Translations under genes and position numbers: made by a program
The notes under the pieces: generated by a model
The model's input: the letters and a program-made list of their open reading frames with translations, nothing else
Database searches by the model: none
Told to the model about the DNA's origin: nothing
Shown: piece by piece, positions 27,870 to 36,218 of the stretch
Layout of the letters: each line of letters begins with the position of its first letter
How positions within the stretch are numbered: the stretch's first letter is position 1
Origin: a virus
Lineage: Duplodnaviria; Heunggongvirae; Uroviricota; Caudoviricetes
IMG/VR virus record: IMGVR_UViG_2778260993_000007
Span: 1-42,288 of that record
Length of the DNA stretch: 42,288 nt
Strand: one strand, 5' to 3'

Positions 27870-30800
27870 TGCCGTTCTATCCTGTATCTGAATCAAACAA
27901 TAACGGATTTATTTCTGCTGGTCGCGCCATTCCTGAACCTGATGAACAGAGTTTTGATGTGCATCCGCCAGAAGGTAAGAACCCTGAGCCTCGCCAAAAA
28001 GAGCCTTCATTGCTTGCCGCAGCAATACGACAGAACAATATTCTGGCTGGTTTTTTCCGTCCTGCCAGACAGTTTGAACCGGTCGAGGGTTATAACCCAT
28101 ATGCTGATAAAAATGAGTTGCACGGCTATGAATACTGGGGTGCGAAATTTGCAGGTTCCCGCTCGCCAGAAGAAACAGCGTGGATTAAGCAGCAGATAGA
28201 TGATGAAAATGAAGATCGGCGTTTTATCTCTGAAGCAGGCTTAGCTGGTGGAATTGCCAGTGCAACAGCGATGCTTTTTGACCCGGTTACTGTTGCGTCA
28301 ATGTTTATCCCAGGTGCTCAAGGAGGGGCACTGGCGCGTATTGGCTCACAGATTGCGATTGGTGCTGCCGGTACTGCATTAAGCGAGGTTGTACTGAATA
28401 ATCAGCAAATAACACGCTCATGGGGTGAAAGTGCCGCTCACGTTGCAGCGGGTGCGATAATGAGCGGCGTGTTTGCCAGTGCTGGTGTTGCGCTTTCGCC
28501 ATCTGTCCGGGCTGCAGCCACGCGTGAGGTTGCTGATGCTCTTGATAATATGAGCATTACATCAGCGACTGACAGGGCTGCCGCTTCGCTTTCTGATGGT
28601 GGTAGTGTTGGTGCTATGAAAATTGATACAGCGACTCTGGATGATTTAACCCCTGTTTCCGGTGGGCGGGTTGGAAAGGCTGCATGGAAAGCAGGGAGCT
28701 ATCTTACTCCTTTGACAAGGTTAATGGAGTCTCCGTCCAAGACGGTGCGAAAAACAACGCTGGAGTTAGCCGAAAATAATTTCACCCTTAAAGGAAATGA
28801 AAGGGGGATTGAAACACCGGTAGCTGTAGAAACCCGTACACGTGGATGGCAGCGTGAAGAAGCTGCTGTTGTTGTCGGAAATAAACAGGCATACGCAAAG
28901 TATAAAGCTGATGGTGGTGACATGAGTTTTGATTCATTTCGTCAGCAGGTTGGGAATGCTATGCGAAGCGGTGATGTGCATGCTAATCCTGTTGTTCAGG
29001 AAACGGCGCAGGCGATGCGAACTGTATTAAATCGGGTAAAAGTTGAAATGCAAAAGCTTGGTTTATTGCCGCCAGATGAAGAACTGAAAGCATTAGGCCA
29101 GGCAAGCTATTTCCCACGCATATATAAAGTTGGAAAAATAATCAGTGAACGCGATAAATTTCGACGCATTTTGGTTGACTGGTGGTCGAGAGGAAATAAA
29201 AAACTGGATCCTGAGGATGCTGAAATTGCAGCGGATATCGTAATTAATAAAATTACTGGTGCTAAGGTTCCACAGGATTTTGTCAGCGTATTTTCTGTAA
29301 AAGCCGCAGGTAGTACGAAAGAAAGAACATTAAATGTTCCTGATAGTCTTATCAGGGATTATCTTGAAAGTGATGTGAATTACGTGCTGCAACGTCATAT
29401 CCGTGAAGCGGCAGCAGAAATTGAGTTGACGAGAACATTTGGCAAACGAACTATGACTGAGCGTCTGCAATTAATTGAGGACGAATATGACAGTCTGTTA
29501 CGGGAAGTGCCTGAAAAAATAAAGGCGAAATATGACGAAAGTGTGGCAAATCTGAAAGCACGTTATGAGAGCAATGGTGAAGTTGTTCCTCAGGGTAAAC
29601 TCGATTCATTAATGCGAAAGTACGAAAAGGAATTACGGAAAGAACAGTCCAGACTTTCAAAATCAAGAGCAAATGATCTCAGAGACATAACAGCATTACG
29701 CGATCGTCTTGTTGGTACATATGGGATGCCTGATGATCCGTCTTCGTTTTTTGTTCGTGCTGGCGCTTTTCTGCGGGATGTGAACTTCACGACCAAACTC
29801 GGTGGAATGACAGTATCAGCTATTCCAGATCTGGCCAGAGGGGTTATGGTTAATGGTTTCCGTAACACCATGAAAGGCTATGCTTCTCAGATATCCCAAT
29901 CACCGGCATTTAAGGCCAGCAAAGAAGATATGTTGAAGATGGGGATTGGATTGGAAGCTGTACTACATTCACGTTCTCGTGCAATTGGTGATCTTGTTGA
30001 CAGTTCTTCCAGGACAACAGCAGTCGAAGCAGGAATGGAGCGAATTACTGATGCCTTCGGCAAGCTGACACTCATGGATCGATTTAATGACATAAACAAA
30101 TCCATGAACGGAATGCTCACGTCAGACGGTATTTTGTCTGGTGCGTTTTCTGCACGTCGCATGGCAAAACTCGGTATCAACGACAATATGGCTGCGCGTA
30201 TTCGCAGTGAGTTCGAGAAACATGGTGAGGTAATTGATGGATGGCACATTGGTAACTTTGATAAATGGGACGATCAGTACGTTGCCGGAGTATTCCAGTC
30301 AGCGGTTCTGAAAGACGTTAATAACACTATCATCACCCCCGGTATTGGTGACACACCTTTATGGGCGAGTACTCCAATGGGGCGAACGATATTTCAGTTT
30401 AAATCATTCACAACGGCTTCATACAACCGTGCGCTACTTGGTGGGTTACAGGAAGGAACTGCGCAATTTTATTATGGCACTGCATTTCAGATTGCTCTTG
30501 GCTCACTGGTCTATGCGCTTAAAGAAGCATCGAAAGGGAAAAATGTTGACTGGTCACCAGAGAAGCTGGTGCTTGAGGGTATAGATAGATCCGGTATTCT
30601 TGGGCCATTGATGGAATATAACAACATGGCTGAAAAGGCGACTGGTGGTGCTGTTGGGCTGGGGGCTTTATTTGGCACTGGCACACAGTCCAGGTATGCC
30701 AGTCGTGGATTCGTAGGATCTCTATTCGGACCGTCATTTGGTCTTGCGGATAGCATCATTGATGTGACCTCAGGAGTGTTGAATGGTGATGCCGGTGATC

Positions 30801-30892
30801 GTATTGTGCATAATGTCCGAACCCTGATACCCGGCAATAACCTGTTCTGGATTGCGCCACTAATAAACCAGGTGGATCCGGTGATGCGTTAA
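27869..30892 (+). CDS. Large internal virion / ejection protein (gp16-like)
   Basis: 1007 aa; size and position after the transglycosylase-containing protein. Confidence 0.6.
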   Translation: MPFYPVSESNNNGFISAGRAIPEPDEQSFDVHPPEGKNPEPRQKEPSLLAAAIRQNNILAGFFRPARQFEPVEGYNPYADKNELHGYEYWGAKFAGSRSPEETAWIKQQIDDENEDRRFISEAGLAGGIASATAMLFDPVTVASMFIPGAQGGALARIGSQIAIGAAGTALSEVVLNNQQITRSWGESAAHVAAGAIMSGVFASAGVALSPSVRAAATREVADALDNMSITSATDRAAASLSDGGSVGAMKIDTATLDDLTPVSGGRVGKAAWKAGSYLTPLTRLMESPSKTVRKTTLELAENNFTLKGNERGIETPVAVETRTRGWQREEAAVVVGNKQAYAKYKADGGDMSFDSFRQQVGNAMRSGDVHANPVVQETAQAMRTVLNRVKVEMQKLGLLPPDEELKALGQASYFPRIYKVGKIISERDKFRRILVDWWSRGNKKLDPEDAEIAADIVINKITGAKVPQDFVSVFSVKAAGSTKERTLNVPDSLIRDYLESDVNYVLQRHIREAAAEIELTRTFGKRTMTERLQLIEDEYDSLLREVPEKIKAKYDESVANLKARYESNGEVVPQGKLDSLMRKYEKELRKEQSRLSKSRANDLRDITALRDRLVGTYGMPDDPSSFFVRAGAFLRDVNFTTKLGGMTVSAIPDLARGVMVNGFRNTMKGYASQISQSPAFKASKEDMLKMGIGLEAVLHSRSRAIGDLVDSSSRTTAVEAGMERITDAFGKLTLMDRFNDINKSMNGMLTSDGILSGAFSARRMAKLGINDNMAARIRSEFEKHGEVIDGWHIGNFDKWDDQYVAGVFQSAVLKDVNNTIITPGIGDTPLWASTPMGRTIFQFKSFTTASYNRALLGGLQEGTAQFYYGTAFQIALGSLVYALKEASKGKNVDWSPEKLVLEGIDRSGILGPLMEYNNMAEKATGGAVGLGALFGTGTQSRYASRGFVGSLFGPSFGLADSIIDVTSGVLNGDAGDRIVHNVRTLIPGNNLFWIAPLINQVDPVMR

Positions 30893-30913
30893 TCAATATT
30901 TATTGGAGTTCTT

Positions 30914-31441
30914 TCAATGGCTGTTTATGGCTTCTAAAGAATCTTCTGCACTTATCGGCAAAGCAATAGCATCCTTGTTAGATGTGCTATTGCTTTCCAG
31001 AACGATGGAAATCCAATCCTCTTGGTTTTTATTAATTGTGCTGACAGCCATGATAGCATTCAAATCGTTTTTATATATTTCTGATCGAATAAGACCTTTC
31101 CTGAATAATTTAGTTAAGCTTTCCGCTATCGACATCGCACGAATGCTAACTTTACTAAGCTCAATGACGTCACTACCTGCGACTTTAGCGTGTTGAGAAA
31201 GAGCCATCAAAGCTATATGCGAAAATGTTTCTTCTTTTGAAAAACCATTACTTAAAGACAGGAGTGATACACTAGCTCCGTATGGGGTGAGCTTATATCC
31301 TGATACATTCAATGCATGCTCTACAAAGATAAGAGCATCAGTTGTAGAAGCATGGATATTGTTACTTTTTTGTTTTTTCGCAATAAATAAAAAAACAAAA
31401 TTAATAATTACGATGCCGACAATGATTAAGAAAACTTCCAT
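30914..31441 (-). CDS. Membrane-anchored hypothetical protein (accessory)
   Basis: 175 aa; N-terminal TM helix MEVFLIIVGIVIINFVFLFIA; AT-rich; promoter, operator and first codons duplicated in inverted orientation at 35151..35200. Confidence 0.6.
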   Translation of the reverse strand: MEVFLIIVGIVIINFVFLFIAKKQKSNNIHASTTDALIFVEHALNVSGYKLTPYGASVSLLSLSNGFSKEETFSHIALMALSQHAKVAGSDVIELSKVSIRAMSIAESLTKLFRKGLIRSEIYKNDLNAIMAVSTINKNQEDWISIVLESNSTSNKDAIALPISAEDSLEAINSH

Positions 31442-31481
31442 TGCTTTTCCTCACAATAACATTACCTTAAAGGTAATATTT
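31432..31481. repeat. Inverted repeat IR-1, left copy
   Basis: About 50 bp (operator, promoter, RBS, ATGGAAGTTTTCT) is the reverse complement of 35151..35200. Confidence 0.7.
31462..31476. promoter_or_regulatory. Operator-like site upstream of membrane protein gene 30914..31441
   Basis: TTACC-TTAAA-GGTAA; part of 50-bp inverted repeat shared with 35151..35200. Confidence 0.5.
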
Positions 31482-31501
31482 TGTGTTAATGTAATCAAGT
31501 G

Positions 31502-31900
31502 TTAAGTGTAAACCTCCTGCTGTTCAGTGGTGATTTTACCCGGCAACACCTTTTTAGCTTTGCGTGGGTTAACTACATGGCCTTTAGTCCAGTAATCGTA
31601 GAGCACATCGTCACACTCTTCCTGATACTGGATTACCTTGTCGCGGATTTCAGGGCGTACTTTGTTTGGACTGATGCTGTTCAACCAAGCTGCCAATTTT
31701 CGTAAAGCCATACAAATCATGGCTTGCACCCCACCGGCAGAAGGTATGGTGATTTCCACCATACCCTTCGAGAAGCGTTGAGAAATCTTCTTATGTTGAG
31801 ATTTCCAGTCTAGCCCCATTCCCTCAACGATAGGTTTCATTGGGGTATACGGTTCACCGTTGTGATTGACAACATAAAGATCTGCGCCGTGGAATGGCAC
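31502..31900 (-). CDS. Putative antirepressor-like protein (P22-antirepressor N-terminal-like domain)
   Basis: 132 aa; segment GEPYTPMKPIVEGMGLDWKSQ...GGVQAM resembles N-terminal domains of phage antirepressors; weak RBS, start uncertain. Confidence 0.45.
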   Translation of the reverse strand: MPFHGADLYVVNHNGEPYTPMKPIVEGMGLDWKSQHKKISQRFSKGMVEITIPSAGGVQAMICMALRKLAAWLNSISPNKVRPEIRDKVIQYQEECDDVLYDYWTKGHVVNPRKAKKVLPGKITTEQQEVYT

Positions 31901-31994
31901 GTTGATAATAGTGACAAATTTGAAACATCGCTGGTTGTAAGCCAGCAGATGCTCGTTATTTTACATCGCGGTACAATTTCTCGCTGGTGGCTCT

Positions 31995-32328
31995 TTTACA
32001 CACCTTAACCAAATACGGTTGATTTTAATATTTCTAAGCGCTTATCATTACCTTTTCGGTAAATTTACATCGCATTCCTCTTGTGCCATAGTAATCGGGC
32101 ACTGGCAAAATCCAGTGCCGGGATTGGTCTCCCGGATTACTACAGAGGCACATATGCCGCATAAGCGGTTTTTTTATGTGTAAAGCGCACCTATTCTATG
32201 GTGGGCTGTGTGGGGGCACCGAAAGGTGCGCCGGGTCCTTTGTAGCCGGTAAGACCAACTCTGCACAGTTCACCACCATCTGATTGGTCTCAGCGGTGGT
32301 GATTAACCTAACTACAAAGGTGATCGCC
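31995..32328. repeat. Inverted repeat IR-2, left copy (antirepressor leader)
   Basis: About 330 bp, roughly 85-90 percent identical to the reverse complement of 34790..35125. Confidence 0.65.
32048..32062. promoter_or_regulatory. Operator-like site in leader of BRO-type antirepressor gene
   Basis: TTACC-TTTTC-GGTAA adjacent to putative -35 TTTACA. Confidence 0.5.
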
Positions 32329-33021
32329 ATGAATACCAAACCTTCCATCTTTTCCTTTGAGTCATCCTGCCAGATCCGTATGTTCATGATTGACGGAGAA
32401 CCTTGGTTTGTCACCAAAGATGTGTGCAATGCTTTGAATATTGATGTTACACAAGCGAGAAAACTTGATAAAAAAGGCTGGAACAAAAAGGGGCTGTATT
32501 CAATACAGACCCCTGGTGGAATACAAGAACTATCCATCGTTTCAGAATCAGGTCTCTACATCCTTATTCTGCGTTGCAAAGAGGCAATGACTGAGGGAAC
32601 GAGAGCATTCAGATTTCTTGAATGGGTTACAGGTGAGGTTCTTCCTCAGATCCGCCGCACCGGAAGTTACATTAAAAACTCGCTCCCGCAGGAAGAACGC
32701 ATAAAGATGGTTGCCGACCAGGTAGCCAACGCCACGGCGTCAGCAGTAATGCAGGCGATGAAGATAGAGAACAAAACCTACAGCGCCCCGCTGAAGCCCG
32801 GCTACCGCAGTTTGATTCACTCGCCGTCTGGTGTTCTCGGCCTGACGGAGAACTCACTGCTGATGAATCTGCTGAACCAGTTACAGGAAGACGGGCACGA
32901 CGTATCGGGCGCGGCGGCGGAGCTGACCACCATGTTCTGCTACATCGTCGGTGTGAGCAAATGCCTGCGTGATATCCAGACGCACGCGGAGTACATCAAC
33001 GACAAGGCAGGGTTCTTCTGA
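32329..33021 (+). CDS. Antirepressor, BRO-N domain plus shared C-terminal domain
   Basis: Start refined to MNTKPSIF (AAGGTGA RBS); BRO-N-like N-terminus (FMIDGEPWFVTKDVCNALN...GEVLPQIRRTGSY); C-terminal about 80 aa identical to C-terminus of 34133..34789. Confidence 0.7.
   Translation: MNTKPSIFSFESSCQIRMFMIDGEPWFVTKDVCNALNIDVTQARKLDKKGWNKKGLYSIQTPGGIQELSIVSESGLYILILRCKEAMTEGTRAFRFLEWVTGEVLPQIRRTGSYIKNSLPQEERIKMVADQVANATASAVMQAMKIENKTYSAPLKPGYRSLIHSPSGVLGLTENSLLMNLLNQLQEDGHDVSGAAAELTTMFCYIVGVSKCLRDIQTHAEYINDKAGFF
32770..33021. repeat. Inverted repeat IR-3, left copy (shared antirepressor C-domain coding region)
   Basis: About 250 bp nearly identical to reverse complement of 34133..34385; the few differences seen are synonymous. 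Confidence 0.7.
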
Positions 33022-33059
33022 CAGAACGGCGGCACAGGGATGTGCAAAACGGAACTATC

Positions 33060-33071
33060 GTGACATGTCAC
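33060..33071. repeat. 12-bp perfect palindrome GTGACATGTCAC (copy 3 of 3)
   Basis: Exact 12-mer between BRO-type antirepressor stop and its terminator. Confidence 0.6.
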
Positions 33072-33096
33072 AGGCCGCTTTCGCGGCCTTGTTTTT
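33072..33096 (+). terminator. Terminator after BRO-type antirepressor gene
   Basis: AGGCCGC-TTTC-GCGGCCT followed by TGTTTTT. Confidence 0.65.
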
Positions 33097-33256
33097 AACG
33101 AATGCCACCGCCGCCCGGGCTGGAATCCGCAGAACGCCCACCGCAGCGGGAGCCGTCAGCGGCAGTATCGCTGTCGTGCTGACAACGACCGGCAAAGGCC
33201 TGAGTTGAAGCTACCAGAGACAACAAAACGAACAGTGCAGCAAATGCTTTTTTCAT
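33095..33256 (-). CDS. Possible small secreted peptide
   Basis: Signal-peptide-like N-terminus MKKAFAALFVLLSLVASTQAFA; but Gly/Ser-rich remainder overlaps a GC-rich terminator region; may be non-coding. Confidence 0.2.
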   Translation of the reverse strand: MKKAFAALFVLLSLVASTQAFAGRCQHDSDTAADGSRCGGRSADSSPGGGGIR

Positions 33257-33325
33257 TGTGAAATTTCCATCTATAAGCCACCTCAATGTGGCGTCAATGA
33301 GTGTAGTACTGACTTTTGTTTCGTC

Positions 33326-33351
33326 CACAAAAAAGCCCGCGCTGCGGGCTT
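33326..33351 (-). terminator. Terminator after gene 33355..33987
   Basis: Minus-strand AGCCCGC-AGC-GCGGGCT followed by TTTTTTG directly after stop codon. Confidence 0.7.
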
Positions 33352-33354
33352 CTG

Positions 33355-33987
33355 TTAATGCAGTTTATCTTTGCTTATAACCAGTAGTCTGTGGGTATGC
33401 ACATCTTTATCACTGCCCCAACAGAAATCAGCCCACTGGCTATAGAAATCATCCCATGATGTCATGAAGCTAAGAGGTCTATCTTCTTCAGAGCCATCTG
33501 AAACGTATACATTATATCCTGGGGTGTTTATAGCCCAAGAAATCATTCTTTCCCAGAATCTTCTCCCATCGATTGTTTGTTGCTCATCAGATACAACGAT
33601 CGCATATTGCTCTAGGAAGAACTGAAAAAAAATCTGAGGCAAACCATGAACAGCACGGTCATGAATAACATTAGGCGTACGCCATACCATGATCTGCGTA
33701 CATGTTCTTTTGGCTTCGACGATATCTTCCCGAAAGATTAACTTAACCGCATACACCGTTTCTGGAGTATCGCTGGTAGTAATCATTCTGTAATGATCGC
33801 CATTACAAGATTTTACAAGGCGATAACCATAAGGTGTTGTGAATCCCGGAAGAACGAAATCAACCACACCTTTCGCTAAGTAGCTTTCGGTGTGACTAGT
33901 GTTCTTCTCAGACATGTTCAGTTTTCTATCGAAATCTGCTTCTGGGATAATGTATGGCATCGCTTTTCTTGTTGTATTTGTTCTCAT
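33355..33987 (-). CDS. Hypothetical protein at centre of antirepressor island
   Basis: 210 aa; own operator-like site upstream (about 34047..34061) and strong terminator directly after stop; no recognised domain. Confidence 0.55.
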   Translation of the reverse strand: MRTNTTRKAMPYIIPEADFDRKLNMSEKNTSHTESYLAKGVVDFVLPGFTTPYGYRLVKSCNGDHYRMITTSDTPETVYAVKLIFREDIVEAKRTCTQIMVWRTPNVIHDRAVHGLPQIFFQFFLEQYAIVVSDEQQTIDGRRFWERMISWAINTPGYNVYVSDGSEEDRPLSFMTSWDDFYSQWADFCWGSDKDVHTHRLLVISKDKLH

Positions 33988-34046
33988 TTCGTCCTCCCAT
34001 GTTTGGCTACAGGACGCGTTTTGAAGGGAAGATTAAAAATGCTTTC

Positions 34047-34061
34047 TTACCCTTGAGGTAA
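34047..34061. promoter_or_regulatory. Operator-like site upstream of gene 33355..33987
   Basis: TTACC-CTTGA-GGTAA in the 145-bp gap between AntA-type gene stop and next start. Confidence 0.5.
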
Positions 34062-34132
34062 TAGTACGCTATTCACCCCCAGTCTGCAATCTGTACAGAA
34101 TTATTTAAAGGCACGTCCCTGTGCCGCCGCCG

Positions 34133-34385
34133 TCAGAAGAACCCTGCCTTGTCGTTGATGTATTCCGCGTGCGTCTGGATATCACGCAGGCATTTGCTCA
34201 CACCAACGATGTAGCAAAACATGGTTGTCAGCTCCGCCGCCGCGCCCGATACATCGTGCCCGTCTTCCTGCAACTGGTTCAGCAAATTCATCAGCAGTGA
34301 GTTCTCCGTCAGGCCGAGAACACCAGACGGCGAATGAATCAGGCTACGGTAGCCGGGCTTCAGTGGGGCGCTGTATTCTTTTTTG
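34133..34385. repeat. Inverted repeat IR-3, right copy
   Basis: See left copy. Confidence 0.7.
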
Positions 34386-34789
34386 TCTTCCAGCTTGATC
34401 GCCTCCATAATGGCGGGCATGAAGCCTGACAAGACCTTCTCCACTTTTGTTTCTTGTTGTCTTAAACGTTTCTCGCATTCAATGAAGTAGCGTCGCACCT
34501 GGCGACCTTTTTCGTTACGCTCGACCATCGCCAGCTCTTTGGCTGTATCAAGGGTGAGGTGGTACTCTTTGCGGTTGTGGCCGCCTCTACCAGATGTTTG
34601 CTTTCCCAAATTGGAAAGCAAAATATAGTCTTGATTTTCAATGAATTCGTATTCTGATATGCGATTTGTAATCCATGCTGCAAACACCTTTTTAACACCT
34701 AAAAAAGCGTGCAGATCGCGGGCATTACAAAGTAGGGCTGTTTCGTTAGATATAGTGCCGTTGAATACGGGGATGAGTTGAGCGTTCAT
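34133..34789 (-). CDS. Antirepressor, AntA/AntB-type N-terminal domain plus shared C-terminal domain
   Basis: 218 aa; AntA-like N-terminus ([34 protein letters not shown]); C-terminal domain identical in protein sequence to that of 32329..33021. Confidence 0.7.
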   Translation of the reverse strand: MNAQLIPVFNGTISNETALLCNARDLHAFLGVKKVFAAWITNRISEYEFIENQDYILLSNLGKQTSGRGGHNRKEYHLTLDTAKELAMVERNEKGRQVRRYFIECEKRLRQQETKVEKVLSGFMPAIMEAIKLEDKKEYSAPLKPGYRSLIHSPSGVLGLTENSLLMNLLNQLQEDGHDVSGAAAELTTMFCYIVGVSKCLRDIQTHAEYINDKAGFF

Positions 34790-35125
34790 GATGGCGTCTC
34801 CACTTAGCGAATTACATCACCACCGCTGAGACCAATCAGATGGTGGTGAACTGAACGGAGTTGGTCTTACCGGCCTAAGTGGTACCGGCGTCCTTTCGGA
34901 CCCCCATTCAGCCCACCATAATTCTGGCATGACTGTGCTATACGCATAAAAAAACCACGTCTGGCGTGGTATGCGCCACTTAGTAATCCGGGAGACCAAT
35001 CCCGGCACTGGATTTTGCCAGTGCCCGATTACTATGGCACAAGAGGAGTGCAATGTAAATTTACCGCAAAGGTAATGATAAACGCGAAGAAATATTAAAA
35101 TCAACCGTATTTGGTTGATTGCGTT
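34790..35125. repeat. Inverted repeat IR-2, right copy (antirepressor leader)
   Basis: See left copy; ends at the AntA-type gene start codon. Confidence 0.65.
35061..35075. promoter_or_regulatory. Operator-like site in leader of AntA-type antirepressor gene
   Basis: TTACC-GCAAA-GGTAA; inverted counterpart of the site at 32048. Confidence 0.5.
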
Positions 35126-35150
35126 TAACGCTTGATCACCTGAAAGCAAG

Positions 35151-35200
35151 ATATTACCTTTAAGGTAATGTTATTGTGAGGAAAAGCAATGGAAGTTTTC
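35151..35200. repeat. Inverted repeat IR-1, right copy
   Basis: Reverse complement of 31432..31481 by direct comparison. Confidence 0.7.
35154..35168. promoter_or_regulatory. Operator-like site upstream of membrane/zinc-ribbon gene 35189
   Basis: TTACC-TTTAA-GGTAA, 21 bp before start codon. Confidence 0.5.
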
Positions 35201-35917
35201 TGGATAGTTGTTGGTGTGGTTGCGGTGATTATTTACGTTATCAACCAGAACAAGACTAAGATCTCTGATCGTACGGTCGTTAATTATAACAAAACGATAA
35301 AGACCGAAGATGGGGAGATAACGATTAATCGTACACAGGTGATAGAACACACCTCTACTCAGTTTCAAAAAACTGGAGGTAATGCGCCTAATATTTCCGC
35401 ACCTCCTGCTTATGATAGTGCGGTAATCCAGACATATTATAAACAGCAGGAGTTAGCAAAAGAGAGGCAACTGATTCAGCCAAAGCCGTTTACAGCTGAG
35501 CTTCCACCTGGAGTGTCAATGCGTCCGGCATATCATGGAAGATTCCCTGGTGATGACATATCGTCTCAGTCATCTAAAAAAGCACCTCAGGCAGTATCAG
35601 AGCCAGCAAGAATACCTTCTGTATCGCCGCCAAAAGAAGAATCAGCTAACAGAGTTTCAAGTGGTAGCAAGCAGTGCTTGCGATGCAGAATAAACCTACC
35701 ATATGAAAAATTCAGGAAATCGTCAAAAAATCCAGATGGATTGACTAAGTGGTGTGCAAGGTGTCTCGATGGCCCAAAGAATACACGCCATATGAAGTGG
35801 TGCCCAATTTGTAATGTCCGCAGAAAACGAACAAGCTTTTACCCTAATAATCAAAATGCGGATGGCTTAATGGCATGGTGCAAAACGTGCTGGGACGAGC
35901 ACAAAGCGAAACGATAG
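35189..35917 (+). CDS. Membrane-anchored protein with tandem C-terminal zinc-ribbon repeats
   Basis: 242 aa; N-terminal TM helix MEVFWIVVGVVAVIIYVI; two about 35-aa repeats each with CxxC...DGL..WCxxC. Confidence 0.6.
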   Translation: MEVFWIVVGVVAVIIYVINQNKTKISDRTVVNYNKTIKTEDGEITINRTQVIEHTSTQFQKTGGNAPNISAPPAYDSAVIQTYYKQQELAKERQLIQPKPFTAELPPGVSMRPAYHGRFPGDDISSQSSKKAPQAVSEPARIPSVSPPKEESANRVSSGSKQCLRCRINLPYEKFRKSSKNPDGLTKWCARCLDGPKNTRHMKWCPICNVRRKRTSFYPNNQNADGLMAWCKTCWDEHKAKR

Positions 35918-35939
35918 GCCGCTCTTGCGGCCTTTAAAT

Positions 35940-36197
35940 TTACCGGGTTTGTTTTCGTAATTGTTCGGCACAATAGTCGAGATGTGTTTGCAGATCCCGC
36001 ATAGACATCTGTGAGCTGGTGACGTAGTTAATCAGTGCAGTCAGTTCGGCAAGTGGGCCATCGACATTAAATCCATCCTTATCGAGCTCCCGGAGTAATT
36101 TCATCAAGTGCGATCCCTCCACCAGTGATCTGACGCCTCCCGGCGTGTGAATCCTTTCGGTAAATCCGTCTTCCAGTGGATAGTGATACTGCTGCAT
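35940..36197 (-). CDS. Small protein homologous to the antirepressor C-terminal domain (candidate SOS-induced antirepressor)
   Basis: About 85 aa from ATG with GGAGAAG RBS (track ORF extends to 36215); aligns with the shared antirepressor C-domain (TPGGVRSLVEGSHLMKLLRELDKDGFNVDGPLAELT...MRDLQTHLDY); LexA box immediately upstream. Confidence 0.6.
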   Translation of the reverse strand: MQQYHYPLEDGFTERIHTPGGVRSLVEGSHLMKLLRELDKDGFNVDGPLAELTALINYVTSSQMSMRDLQTHLDYCAEQLRKQTR

Positions 36198-36218
36198 CTT
36201 ATCTTCTCCATGCAATAA

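Noticed and set aside
31432-35200. Nested inverted repeats read as a programmed invertase switch (Gin/Cin/Hin-like)
   Set aside because: No serine or tyrosine invertase gene is adjacent; the repeats are long and partly divergent rather than short identical crossover sites; and inversion would not change any gene-promoter pairing. Homologous recombination or gene conversion explains the symmetry more simply.
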